DNA from: Dokdonella sp.
GTDB taxonomy: Bacteria > Pseudomonadota > Gammaproteobacteria > Xanthomonadales > Rhodanobacteraceae
Assembly (NCBI RefSeq): GCF_036518555.1
Contig: NZ_DATDMY010000003.1
Coordinates: 2,626-66,625, forward strand
Length of the DNA stretch: 64,000 nt
Reading direction: 5' to 3'
In this document: positions 27,820 to 35,499 of the stretch, piece by piece
Layout: each line of letters opens with the position of its first letter
How positions within the stretch are numbered: position 1 is the first letter of the stretch
Translations under genes and position numbers: made by a program
The notes under the pieces: model-generated
The model's database searches: none
Told to the model about the DNA's origin: nothing
The model's input: only the letters and a program-made list of their open reading frames with translations

Positions 27820-28595
27820 CGTTCTCTCCTCGGAAACCACGGGAACAGCATCGGCGTGCTGCGTTGATAGGCTCGGTAGTCCTCGCCGCGCGTGCGCAGC
27901 GCCTGCGCTTCGGTAAACGGAATGCCGCTCAGCCAGCGCAGGAACACGTACATGAGCAGCGGACCCGACCACGCCATCCACGCGAGCGGGGAACCGACGG
28001 CGAGGAAGACGTACGCGAACCACTGCAGCCACTCGAAGAAGTAGTTCGGATGGCGCGAGTAGCGCCACAGGCCCACGCGGCATGTCCTGCCGCGGTTCGC
28101 AGGGTCGGCGCGAAAGCGCGCGAGCTGCGCGTCGGCGATCCACTCGCCGAGCGTCGCGACGAGCCACGTGCCGACGCCGGCGGCGATCCAGCCGGGGACC
28201 GTGCGCGCGTTGGCTGCGACCGCCGCGAACGGCAGCGCGAACAACGCGACGAGGAACGCCTGGAACTGGAAGAACGCGAACCACCGTCGCTGGTCGTCGC
28301 CCCAGCGGCCCCTGAGGTACGCGTAACGACCGTCTTCGCCCTCGTGCCGCACGCGCGACCACAGGTGCAGCGCGAGGCGCGCTCCCCATGCCGCGCCGAG
28401 CACGGCGAGCGCGATGCGCGGCGCGATCGCCCCGGGGCCGAGGGCCGCGATCACGACGCTTGCGGCACCAAGGCCTGCAGCCCAGGTCACGTCGACGATG
28501 CCTGCGTTGCGATGGCTGCGCTGCCACCACCACGCCGCGGTCTGCGCGATCGCCGCCAACGACCACACGATCGCGAGCGAAGCGAGCGCGCTCAT
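27816..28595 (-). CDS. DUF1295 / steroid 5-alpha-reductase-like membrane protein
   Basis: NAGIVDVTW, EDGRY, GLWRYSRHPNYFFEW, YQRSTPMLFPW. Confidence 0.85.
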   Translation of the reverse strand: MSALASLAIVWSLAAIAQTAAWWWQRSHRNAGIVDVTWAAGLGAASVVIAALGPGAIAPRIALAVLGAAWGARLALHLWSRVRHEGEDGRYAYLRGRWGDDQRRWFAFFQFQAFLVALFALPFAAVAANARTVPGWIAAGVGTWLVATLGEWIADAQLARFRADPANRGRTCRVGLWRYSRHPNYFFEWLQWFAYVFLAVGSPLAWMAWSGPLLMYVFLRWLSGIPFTEAQALRTRGEDYRAYQRSTPMLFPWFPRRER

Positions 28596-29107
28596 GCCGC
28601 GCGCTCCCGTACGGCGCGGCGATCGCGCGCGCACGTCGCGAGCAGGGGCATCGCGAGCGTCCACGCGAACGCGACCGCGATGAGCCCCGGGCGCTCGAAT
28701 GCGACGGCGCCGAGACGCGCGGCCCCGAGGTAGGCGAGCGGACCGCCCGCGGCGCCGGCGACCGCCGCGAGCCACGGCCGCCGCTGGAGGAACGCGAGCG
28801 AATGCGCGAGCGTGAGTCCGAAGGCGACCCAGATCGAGAGGATCCACACCGGCGCCGCGAGCGCCGGGCCGGGCGAGGCGTATCGCACGATGCCGCCGAG
28901 CGCCATCGTCCCGTCGACGACGACGCCGACCGCGAGGCACGTCGCGATCAGCTTGGCGTCGAGACGCAGGTGCGGCGATCGCCGCAGCTCGATCGCCGCG
29001 AACACCGCGGCTGCCGCAGGGCCGGCCCAGGCGAGGCCGCATGAGGCGCCGAGCACGGCGGCGAACCATACGCACTGGTAACCGATGATGTTGGCGAGGT
29101 TGCCCAT
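28592..29107 (-). CDS. DUF2878 membrane protein
   Basis: NIIGYQCVWF, PVWILSIWVAF, GGPLAYLGAARLGAV; operon context. Confidence 0.8.
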   Translation of the reverse strand: MGNLANIIGYQCVWFAAVLGASCGLAWAGPAAAAVFAAIELRRSPHLRLDAKLIATCLAVGVVVDGTMALGGIVRYASPGPALAAPVWILSIWVAFGLTLAHSLAFLQRRPWLAAVAGAAGGPLAYLGAARLGAVAFERPGLIAVAFAWTLAMPLLATCARDRRAVRERAA

Positions 29108-30382
29108 TCACGCCTCGACGCGATCGAGGCCCGCGAAGTAGCCGACGTCGCGGCACCCCGGCTTGGCGAGCAGCAGTTGGGAGACGCCGATCGAACGTTC
29201 GCGGAAGCCGCCTTCGCAGTAGGCGAGGTAGAACTCCCACAGGCGAATGAAGCGCTCGTCATAGCCGAGCGCTCGCACGTCGCCGAGGCGCGCGAGGAAG
29301 CGGCGTCGCCAGGCCTCGAGCGTGGCCGCGTACGAGGCACCGAAATCCTCGAGGTGGGTCAGCGCGAGGTCGCACGCGCGCGCCTTGGCGGCGACGAGCG
29401 CCGCGATCGAGGGAATGAACGAGCCCGGAAACACGTGCCGCTTGATGAAATCGACCGAGTGCAGCGCCTGTTCGTAGCGATGGTCTTCGATCGTGATCGC
29501 CTGGACGACGCCGAGCCCGTGCGCGGCGAGCAGGTTGCCGAGGGTGCGGAAATAGGTGTCGAGCCAGCGGGCGCCGATCGCCTCGACCATCTCGATCGAG
29601 ACGAGCTTGTCGTAGCGCCCGCGCAGGTCGCGATAATCCTCGAACAGGACGGTCACGCGGTCGCCGAGGCCCGCGCGCGCGACGCGCTCGCGCGCGAGAT
29701 CGTACTGCTCGCGCGATATCGTCGTCGTCGTCACATGGCAACCGTGGCGCGCGGCCGCGTGCAGCGCGAAGCCGCCCCAGCCGGAGCCGATCTCCACGAC
29801 GCGGTCGCCCGGGGCAAGGCGCAGCTTGTCGCAGATGCGGTCGAGCTTGCGTCTCGAGGCGAGTTCCAGGGCTTCGTCGGCGCGCGCGAACAAGGCCGAC
29901 GAGTACATGAGGTCGTCGGACAGGAACAGGCTGAAGAACGGATTACCGAGGTCGTAATGCGCCGCGATGTTGCGCCGCGCGCCGCGACGCGTGTTGTCGC
30001 GCAGCCGGTGCATCGCGCGCATGGCCCATCCGCCGATACGCGCGGCGCCGCCGTCGACGCCGTCGAGCAGCGCGCGATTGCGCAGCAGCAGCCGCACGAG
30101 CCCGACGAGATCACTGCAGCGCCAATGGCCGTCCATGTACGCTTCGGCCGCGCCGACCGTGCCGTTCGCGGCAACGGCGCGATAGAACGCGGGGTCGTCG
30201 ACGTGCACCTCGACGACGCCGAAACCGCCGTCGGCGCTGCCGAGGTCGACGTCGCCGCAGGCATCGCGGATCGCGAGCACGCCGTGGCGGAGCGCTGCCA
30301 GGCGCGCGAGCAGCCGCTCGCGCAGGAAGCGATCGAATGCGCCCCAGTCGGCGCGCGTGACGGGGTGGGTCGCTTCGCTCAT
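29108..30382 (-). CDS. cfa: Cyclopropane-fatty-acyl-phospholipid synthase-like methylase (UfaM-like)
   Basis: GAAEAYMDG, NIAAHYDLGN, MYSSA, EIGSGWGG, SIEMVEAIG, FIKRHVFPG, WEFYLAYCEGGF. Confidence 0.9.
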   Translation of the reverse strand: MSEATHPVTRADWGAFDRFLRERLLARLAALRHGVLAIRDACGDVDLGSADGGFGVVEVHVDDPAFYRAVAANGTVGAAEAYMDGHWRCSDLVGLVRLLLRNRALLDGVDGGAARIGGWAMRAMHRLRDNTRRGARRNIAAHYDLGNPFFSLFLSDDLMYSSALFARADEALELASRRKLDRICDKLRLAPGDRVVEIGSGWGGFALHAAARHGCHVTTTTISREQYDLARERVARAGLGDRVTVLFEDYRDLRGRYDKLVSIEMVEAIGARWLDTYFRTLGNLLAAHGLGVVQAITIEDHRYEQALHSVDFIKRHVFPGSFIPSIAALVAAKARACDLALTHLEDFGASYAATLEAWRRRFLARLGDVRALGYDERFIRLWEFYLAYCEGGFRERSIGVSQLLLAKPGCRDVGYFAGLDRVEA

Positions 30383-31152
30383 GATGCTCCTCGAGACTGC
30401 GTCGGATGGTCGTAGACCGGATTGCGCTTGAGCCAGAGGCGCAACGCGTGCCAGTGGATCGCGCCGAGCACCTGGACCGTCATCGCCGGGTAGCGCACGA
30501 GCACGCGCGCGAGCGAGCGCCCGTCGAGCGACCTGCGTCGAAGCGCCAGATCGGCGTCGAACTCGCGCTGGCCGTCGCGCACGACGTCCATGCGCACGCG
30601 CAGGTCCGCGTCCGGCGGCGTGAACGTCCAGTGATAGCGGCGGTCGAGCGGCAGGAACGGCGAAACGTGGAAGCGCTTGTCGAACTCCCAGCGCAGCGCG
30701 CGGCCGCGGCGCTCGGCGTCGGCGACGGGGAGCACGTAGGCGTGCCGCTCGCGCCACGGCGTGTTGGTGATCTCCGCGAGCACGACCTCGAGCGCACCGG
30801 CGTCGTCGTGGCAGTAGTAGAGGCTCACGGGGTTGAAGACGTGGCCGAAGTAGCGCAGGTGGGTGAGCACGCGGATTGCACCCTGCGGCGGCGCGAAGCC
30901 GTGCGCCGCGATGCGCCGGCGCACCGCTTCCGCGAGCGGGATGTCCGTCGGCGCGAGGTAGTCGCTGCGTCGGAACTGCGCCAGATTGGCGTGCCGCGTG
31001 GACCAGAACCAGCGATCGTCGAATACGCGGTCGAGCTCGTCGAGGTCGAGGAAGAGCTGGGCCATTCGATGGCGGAACGCGTACGGCGAGGGCGCGTGCC
31101 GGCGATGGCGCACGACGCCTTCGTAGACGCAGCTCGCGAGCGCCGCGCTCAC
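30379..31152 (-). CDS. DUF1365 protein (UfaO-like)
   Basis: YEGVVRHRR, LTHLRYFGHVFNPVSLYYC, EITNTPWRERHAY, KRFHVSPF, IHWHALRLWLK; GTG overlaps the upstream TGA. Confidence 0.9.
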   Translation of the reverse strand: MSAALASCVYEGVVRHRRHAPSPYAFRHRMAQLFLDLDELDRVFDDRWFWSTRHANLAQFRRSDYLAPTDIPLAEAVRRRIAAHGFAPPQGAIRVLTHLRYFGHVFNPVSLYYCHDDAGALEVVLAEITNTPWRERHAYVLPVADAERRGRALRWEFDKRFHVSPFLPLDRRYHWTFTPPDADLRVRMDVVRDGQREFDADLALRRRSLDGRSLARVLVRYPAMTVQVLGAIHWHALRLWLKRNPVYDHPTQSRGAS

Positions 31153-32456
31153 GTCGGCACGCTGCCCGCGTGCGCGAACGCCGCCGGCGCATTCGCGGCC
31201 GCGCGCGAACCGACTCCCCAGCGCACGCCGAGTGCGTCGGCGACCTCGACCGCGCTGCGCATGCCGTCTTCGTGGAAGCCCCAGCCCCAGTACGCGCCCG
31301 CGAACCAGGTGCGCCGCTGGCCCTGGATCTCCGCCTTGCGCCTCTGCGCCGCGACCGCGGCATGCGTGAACACCGGATGGTGGTAGCGCATGCGCCTGAG
31401 CACCCGCGCCGGATCGATCTCGGCGGCACGGTTGAGGCTCACGACCAGCGGCATCGGCGCATCGATCCGCTGCAGCAGGTTCATGCAGTAGCTCACCGTG
31501 CACGGCGCGCGTTCCTCGGGCCGCACCTGCGCGTTCCAAGCCGCCCAGGCCTTGCGGTTGCGCGGCAGCAGGCGCGCGTCGGTGTGCAGCACGACGTCGT
31601 TGGGCTGGTAGCGGATCGAATCGAGGATGTCGCGCTCGCGTTCGCTGGCGTCGTCGAGCAGGCCGAGCGCCTGGTCGCTGTGGCACGCGAGGACGAGCGC
31701 GTCGTGATGCTGCCGCTCCCCGTGCAGGCGCAGTTCGACGCCGGCGTCGTGGCGGCGGACGCCTTGCACGGGCGCACCGGTGCGCACGCTCACGCGCCAG
31801 CGCGCGGACATCGCGTCGATGTAGCTGCGCGATCCGCCGCACACGACCCGCCATTCGGGCCTGTTGGACAGTTCGAACATCGCGTGATTGGCCATGAACT
31901 CGGCCAGGTGGCGGGCCGGGAACGCGAGTGCGTGAGCCGCCGGGGCCGACCAGAGCGCCGACGTCATCGGCAGGATGTGGTCGTCGCGGAACGCGCTGCC
32001 GAAGCGGTGCCGGCGCAGGAATTCCTCGAGCGTCGGACCCTCGGCCTCGTCGGCGAGCAGCTGCGGCGCGAGGCGATAGAAGCGGACGAGGTCGCGCAGC
32101 ATGCCGAGGAAGCGCGGCGAAACGAGGTTGCGCCGCTGGCAGAACAACGTGTCGAAGCTCGCCGGGTTGTACTCGAGTCCGCTGCGCTCGTTGCGAACCG
32201 AGAAGCTCATCGTCGTCGGCTGGGTGGCCACGCCGAGCTCGGCGAACAACTGCGTGAGCAGCGGGTAGTTGGCGCGGTTGTGCACGATGAAGCCGGTATC
32301 GACGCGGTAGTGGCGCCCGCCGACGCCGACGTCGTGCGTGTGCGTATGGCCGCCGAGGCGCGTGTCCGCTTCGTACAGAACGACGTCGTGCTCGCGCGAG
32401 AGCAGCCATGCCGACGCGAGGCCCGAGATGCCCGATCCGACGACGGCGATGCGCAC
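31149..32456 (-). CDS. FAD-dependent oxidoreductase, amine-oxidase family (UfaD-like)
   Basis: RIAVVGSGISGL, GGHTHT, VDTGFIVHN..NYP, YHHPVF, WFAGAYWGWGFHEDG. Confidence 0.9.
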   Translation of the reverse strand: MRIAVVGSGISGLASAWLLSREHDVVLYEADTRLGGHTHTHDVGVGGRHYRVDTGFIVHNRANYPLLTQLFAELGVATQPTTMSFSVRNERSGLEYNPASFDTLFCQRRNLVSPRFLGMLRDLVRFYRLAPQLLADEAEGPTLEEFLRRHRFGSAFRDDHILPMTSALWSAPAAHALAFPARHLAEFMANHAMFELSNRPEWRVVCGGSRSYIDAMSARWRVSVRTGAPVQGVRRHDAGVELRLHGERQHHDALVLACHSDQALGLLDDASERERDILDSIRYQPNDVVLHTDARLLPRNRKAWAAWNAQVRPEERAPCTVSYCMNLLQRIDAPMPLVVSLNRAAEIDPARVLRRMRYHHPVFTHAAVAAQRRKAEIQGQRRTWFAGAYWGWGFHEDGMRSAVEVADALGVRWGVGSRAAANAPAAFAHAGSVPT

Positions 32457-32457
32457 G

Positions 32458-33405
32458 TCAGCGCTCCGCCCGCGCGAGCACCCATGCGGGCACGGGCTTG
32501 AGGTCGTGCACGAGGCCGAGTGCGGCGAGGAGGCGCAGGCCGTACCACGTCAGGTCGATCTCCCACCAGCGGAAACCCTGGCGCGCCGAGCCGGGGAAGA
32601 AATGATGGTTGTTGTGCCAGCCCTCGCCGAAGGTGAGCAGCGCGAGCCACGCGTTGTTGCGCGAATCGTCGCGGGTCGCGTACCGGCGCGTGCCGAAGCG
32701 GTGCGCGAGCGAGTTGATCGTCACGGTCGCATGGAACAGCACGGTGGTCGAGACGAAGAAGCCCCAGACGAGCATCTGCGCACCGCTGGTGCCCGAAGCC
32801 GGCGCGAATGCGTGCAGCAGGGCACCGGCGACGTACAGGCACAGCGCGAGCAGCGCCGGCGCCACGACGTCGTAGCGGTCGAGCCAGCGCAGTTCGGGAA
32901 AGCGGCCGAAGTCGCCGATGCGCGCGAAGTCGGTGCGGAACGCCTTCGGCGTGAGGAACCAGCCCATGTGGCTCCAGAGGAAGCCACGCAGGCCGGGGGA
33001 GTGCGGATCGAGCGCCGTATCGGCGTGCCGATGATGGTCGCGGTGGTGCGCGGCCCACCACAGCGGACCGCGCTGCGCGCTCGACGCGCCGAGCAGCGCG
33101 AATCCGAACTGGACCGCGCGCGACGCCCGGAACGTCCGATGCGCGAAGTAGCGGTGATAGAACGCGGTGATCGCGAACATGCGCACCACGTACAGCGCGA
33201 GCGCAGTCCACAGCGCGACCGGGGAGACGCCGACGAAGAGGACGCCGATGCATGCGGCGTGCATGGCAAGGAAGGGAACGGCGCGGACCCAGTCGACCCG
33301 GCCCTCGTCCGCGCCCGGCTCGAGCGGCCGGCTGCCGGAATCCACCCACGCGCGCACGGAGCGAATCTTAGGAGTATTCGGGATGCGCGCTTCGGTGTCG
33401 CTCAT
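32458..33405 (-). CDS. Delta-9 acyl-CoA/lipid desaturase
   Basis: His boxes YHRYFAHR, WAAHHRDHH, SLAH, GEGWHNNHH; EIDLTWY. Confidence 0.9.
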   Translation of the reverse strand: MSDTEARIPNTPKIRSVRAWVDSGSRPLEPGADEGRVDWVRAVPFLAMHAACIGVLFVGVSPVALWTALALYVVRMFAITAFYHRYFAHRTFRASRAVQFGFALLGASSAQRGPLWWAAHHRDHHRHADTALDPHSPGLRGFLWSHMGWFLTPKAFRTDFARIGDFGRFPELRWLDRYDVVAPALLALCLYVAGALLHAFAPASGTSGAQMLVWGFFVSTTVLFHATVTINSLAHRFGTRRYATRDDSRNNAWLALLTFGEGWHNNHHFFPGSARQGFRWWEIDLTWYGLRLLAALGLVHDLKPVPAWVLARAER

Positions 33406-33436
33406 GGATCGACGATCTTGCATTGGATGCCTTCAG

Positions 33437-33463
33437 TACGCGCGATGGCGTCCGCTGGATGCA
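33437..33463 (-). promoter_or_regulatory. Predicted RpoE promoter for the desaturase-to-blc operon
   Basis: Minus strand TGCATCC-N16-CGTA. Confidence 0.75.
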
Positions 33464-33479
33464 ACGCGACCGAACCGTG

Positions 33480-34247
33480 TCACAGCCGGCAGGTGCCGTC
33501 GAGCGGCGCGCGTTCGGCGGCTTCGACCTCGTCGCGGCTCGCCGGCTGCAACAGGGGATCGGCGGGGAACCGTATGACGACGCCGAGGTTGCGCCCGTGG
33601 CGGTCGCGGACAGGGCCGATGCCGCGGAACTCGCGCAGCGTCCGCTGGGCGTCGTAGACGAGCGACAGCGCGGGCAGCGCGAAGGCGTACCACGCATCGA
33701 GCTGGACGCTCATGCGGCGCAGGTCCATGCGCCGATCGGACGGGCTCGTGACGTCCGAGATGCGCACGCCGATTGTCCCCAGGCGGCTCGGCAGCAGCAG
33801 TCGGGCCGACAGCGGCGCGCCGGCCGCAAGGGCGTCCCAGTGCGCGCGGACATAGGCGTCGAAACCCGCGTCGATCACGGTATCCGGCGCGACGGACAGC
33901 GGCCGTTCGGCGCGGTCGGTGCCCTCCCGGTCCTGCCAGTAGACGTCGCGCCGCCCGGCCATCGACCGAACACCCTCGCGGTGTCCGTCGCGTGCGTCCG
34001 TGAACTCGAAATCGGGCGCGTGCGCGACACCGATTTCGGTGACCCGCTTGCGCGCGAACGGCGTTCCGTCAGGGCATCGATAAAGGACCAGCCGTTCAGG
34101 CTCCTCGTCCGCGTAGATCCAGTGCGTCTCGCGGTAGAGCAGGCGGGTGCCGTCGGGCGTGTACGCGTACCCTTCATAGCGTTCGACGGCGAACGCGGGG
34201 TTCGCAACGGCCAAGGCGACCAGCAGTACGCATCGACGGACGTTCAA
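33480..34247 (-). CDS. Secreted conserved hypothetical protein
   Basis: Signal peptide ending PAFA; YEGYAY...LYRETH, PDFEFTDARDG, VIDAGFDAYVRAHW; TTG start after GGAG chosen. Confidence 0.7.
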   Translation of the reverse strand: MNVRRCVLLVALAVANPAFAVERYEGYAYTPDGTRLLYRETHWIYADEEPERLVLYRCPDGTPFARKRVTEIGVAHAPDFEFTDARDGHREGVRSMAGRRDVYWQDREGTDRAERPLSVAPDTVIDAGFDAYVRAHWDALAAGAPLSARLLLPSRLGTIGVRISDVTSPSDRRMDLRRMSVQLDAWYAFALPALSLVYDAQRTLREFRGIGPVRDRHGRNLGVVIRFPADPLLQPASRDEVEAAERAPLDGTCRL

Positions 34248-34279
34248 TGGCAGGGGCTCCGGGCATCCACGACGATGCT

Positions 34280-34306
34280 TACGCGGGTCGGCGCCGGACG
34301 GATGCG
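34280..34306 (-). promoter_or_regulatory. Predicted RpoE promoter for the hypothetical gene
   Basis: Minus strand CGCATCC-N16-CGTA. Confidence 0.7.
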
Positions 34307-34411
34307 GTCGGTTGTGCGGGCATCGCGCGCGTCGCGCCGCGAGCGAAGGAATGGCGCCGAACCGTCGGCCGACAAGCCGTGCAGGTAGAGGGTCGCCTGC
34401 GCGATGCCGGA

Positions 34412-34849
34412 TCAGCGATACACGAGCACCGGCACGGTACCGTGCGCGAGAACCTTCTGCGTCTCGCTGCCCAGCAGCAGTCCGCGCAACCCGCGGCGAC
34501 CGTGCGACGCCATCAACACGAGATCGCAATGCTTGCGCTTGGCCGTGCGCAGGATGGCGAGGTAGGGATGGTCGCTCGACACGTAGACTTCGTCGCAGTC
34601 GACGCCGGCGAGTCGCGCGTCGGCGGCCACGTCGCCGAGCAGCTTGCGCGCTCGCACGATGCACGCGGCGCGATAGCTTCTCGCCGTGTCCGCAAGCATC
34701 GGCGCCTCGAACGCGAACGTGCGGAATGTCGGCGCGGCATGGAAGGCGACGAGGCGGGCACCGGTTTCGGCCGCCAGTCCGATCGCCGCCCGCGCCGCTT
34801 TCGTCGACAGCGGCGAACCGTCTACGGGCACAAGGATGCGCTTGAACAC
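34412..34849 (-). CDS. Universal stress protein (UspA family)
   Basis: FKRILVPVDGS, DLVLMASHGRRG...LGSETQKVL. Confidence 0.9.
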   Translation of the reverse strand: MFKRILVPVDGSPLSTKAARAAIGLAAETGARLVAFHAAPTFRTFAFEAPMLADTARSYRAACIVRARKLLGDVAADARLAGVDCDEVYVSSDHPYLAILRTAKRKHCDLVLMASHGRRGLRGLLLGSETQKVLAHGTVPVLVYR

Positions 34850-34919
34850 GGGGATGTCTCCATATCGCGGCCTGCGGCGGGGCGCCTGTCGCCGGATGGG
34901 CGCCCCGTCGTGCGTGGCG

Positions 34920-35366
34920 TCAGCTGATCGCGATCTTGCGGCTCTGGCCGTTCGCCTTCTTCGGCAGCGTGATCGACAGCACGCCCTTGTCGTAGCGCGC
35001 TTCGGCCTTCGATCCGTCCACCTCGCCTGGCAGCGAGAACATGCGGCGCGCCTTGCCGTAGTAGCGCTCCGCGTACAGTTCCGTCTCGCCGTCCTTGCGT
35101 TCCACGTCGCGCTTGATCTCGGCGCCGATCGTCACCTGGTTGCCGTCGATCGACAGCTCGATGTCGTTCTTGTCGACGCCGGGCATCTCCGCTTTCACGC
35201 GATAGCTGCCCGTATCCTCGCTGACGTCGATGCGGATGTCGGGCTGCAGCTCGAAGTCGCGCCACGCGGACCGAAGCGGAAAGGCACGGAACAGGTCGTC
35301 GAACTCGCTCGGCGCGTCGAAGCGCGCCAGCGGCTTGAAGGGATTCCAGCGTGTCAGTGAACTCAT
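34920..35366 (-). CDS. Small heat-shock protein (Hsp20/alpha-crystallin)
   Basis: DIRIDVSE, AEMPGVDK, ERYYGK..R...LP, ARYDKGVLSITLPK. Confidence 0.9.
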   Translation of the reverse strand: MSSLTRWNPFKPLARFDAPSEFDDLFRAFPLRSAWRDFELQPDIRIDVSEDTGSYRVKAEMPGVDKNDIELSIDGNQVTIGAEIKRDVERKDGETELYAERYYGKARRMFSLPGEVDGSKAEARYDKGVLSITLPKKANGQSRKIAIS

Positions 35367-35441
35367 GATGGGTCTCCTCGCATCCGGGATGATCAACCCC
35401 CACGGGGGCAATTCACGATACGCGCGAAGGCCCATGATGCA

Positions 35442-35455
35442 TTGATGCAGATCAA
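35442..35455. promoter_or_regulatory. FNR/Anr/FixK-type box upstream of hsp20-usp
   Basis: TTGATgcagATCAA, perfect match to TTGAT-N4-ATCAA. Confidence 0.8.
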
Positions 35456-35499
35456 TCCTCGCGCGAACGCGTCTGCGCCCGCGTCGGAGCGCGCGCCCC

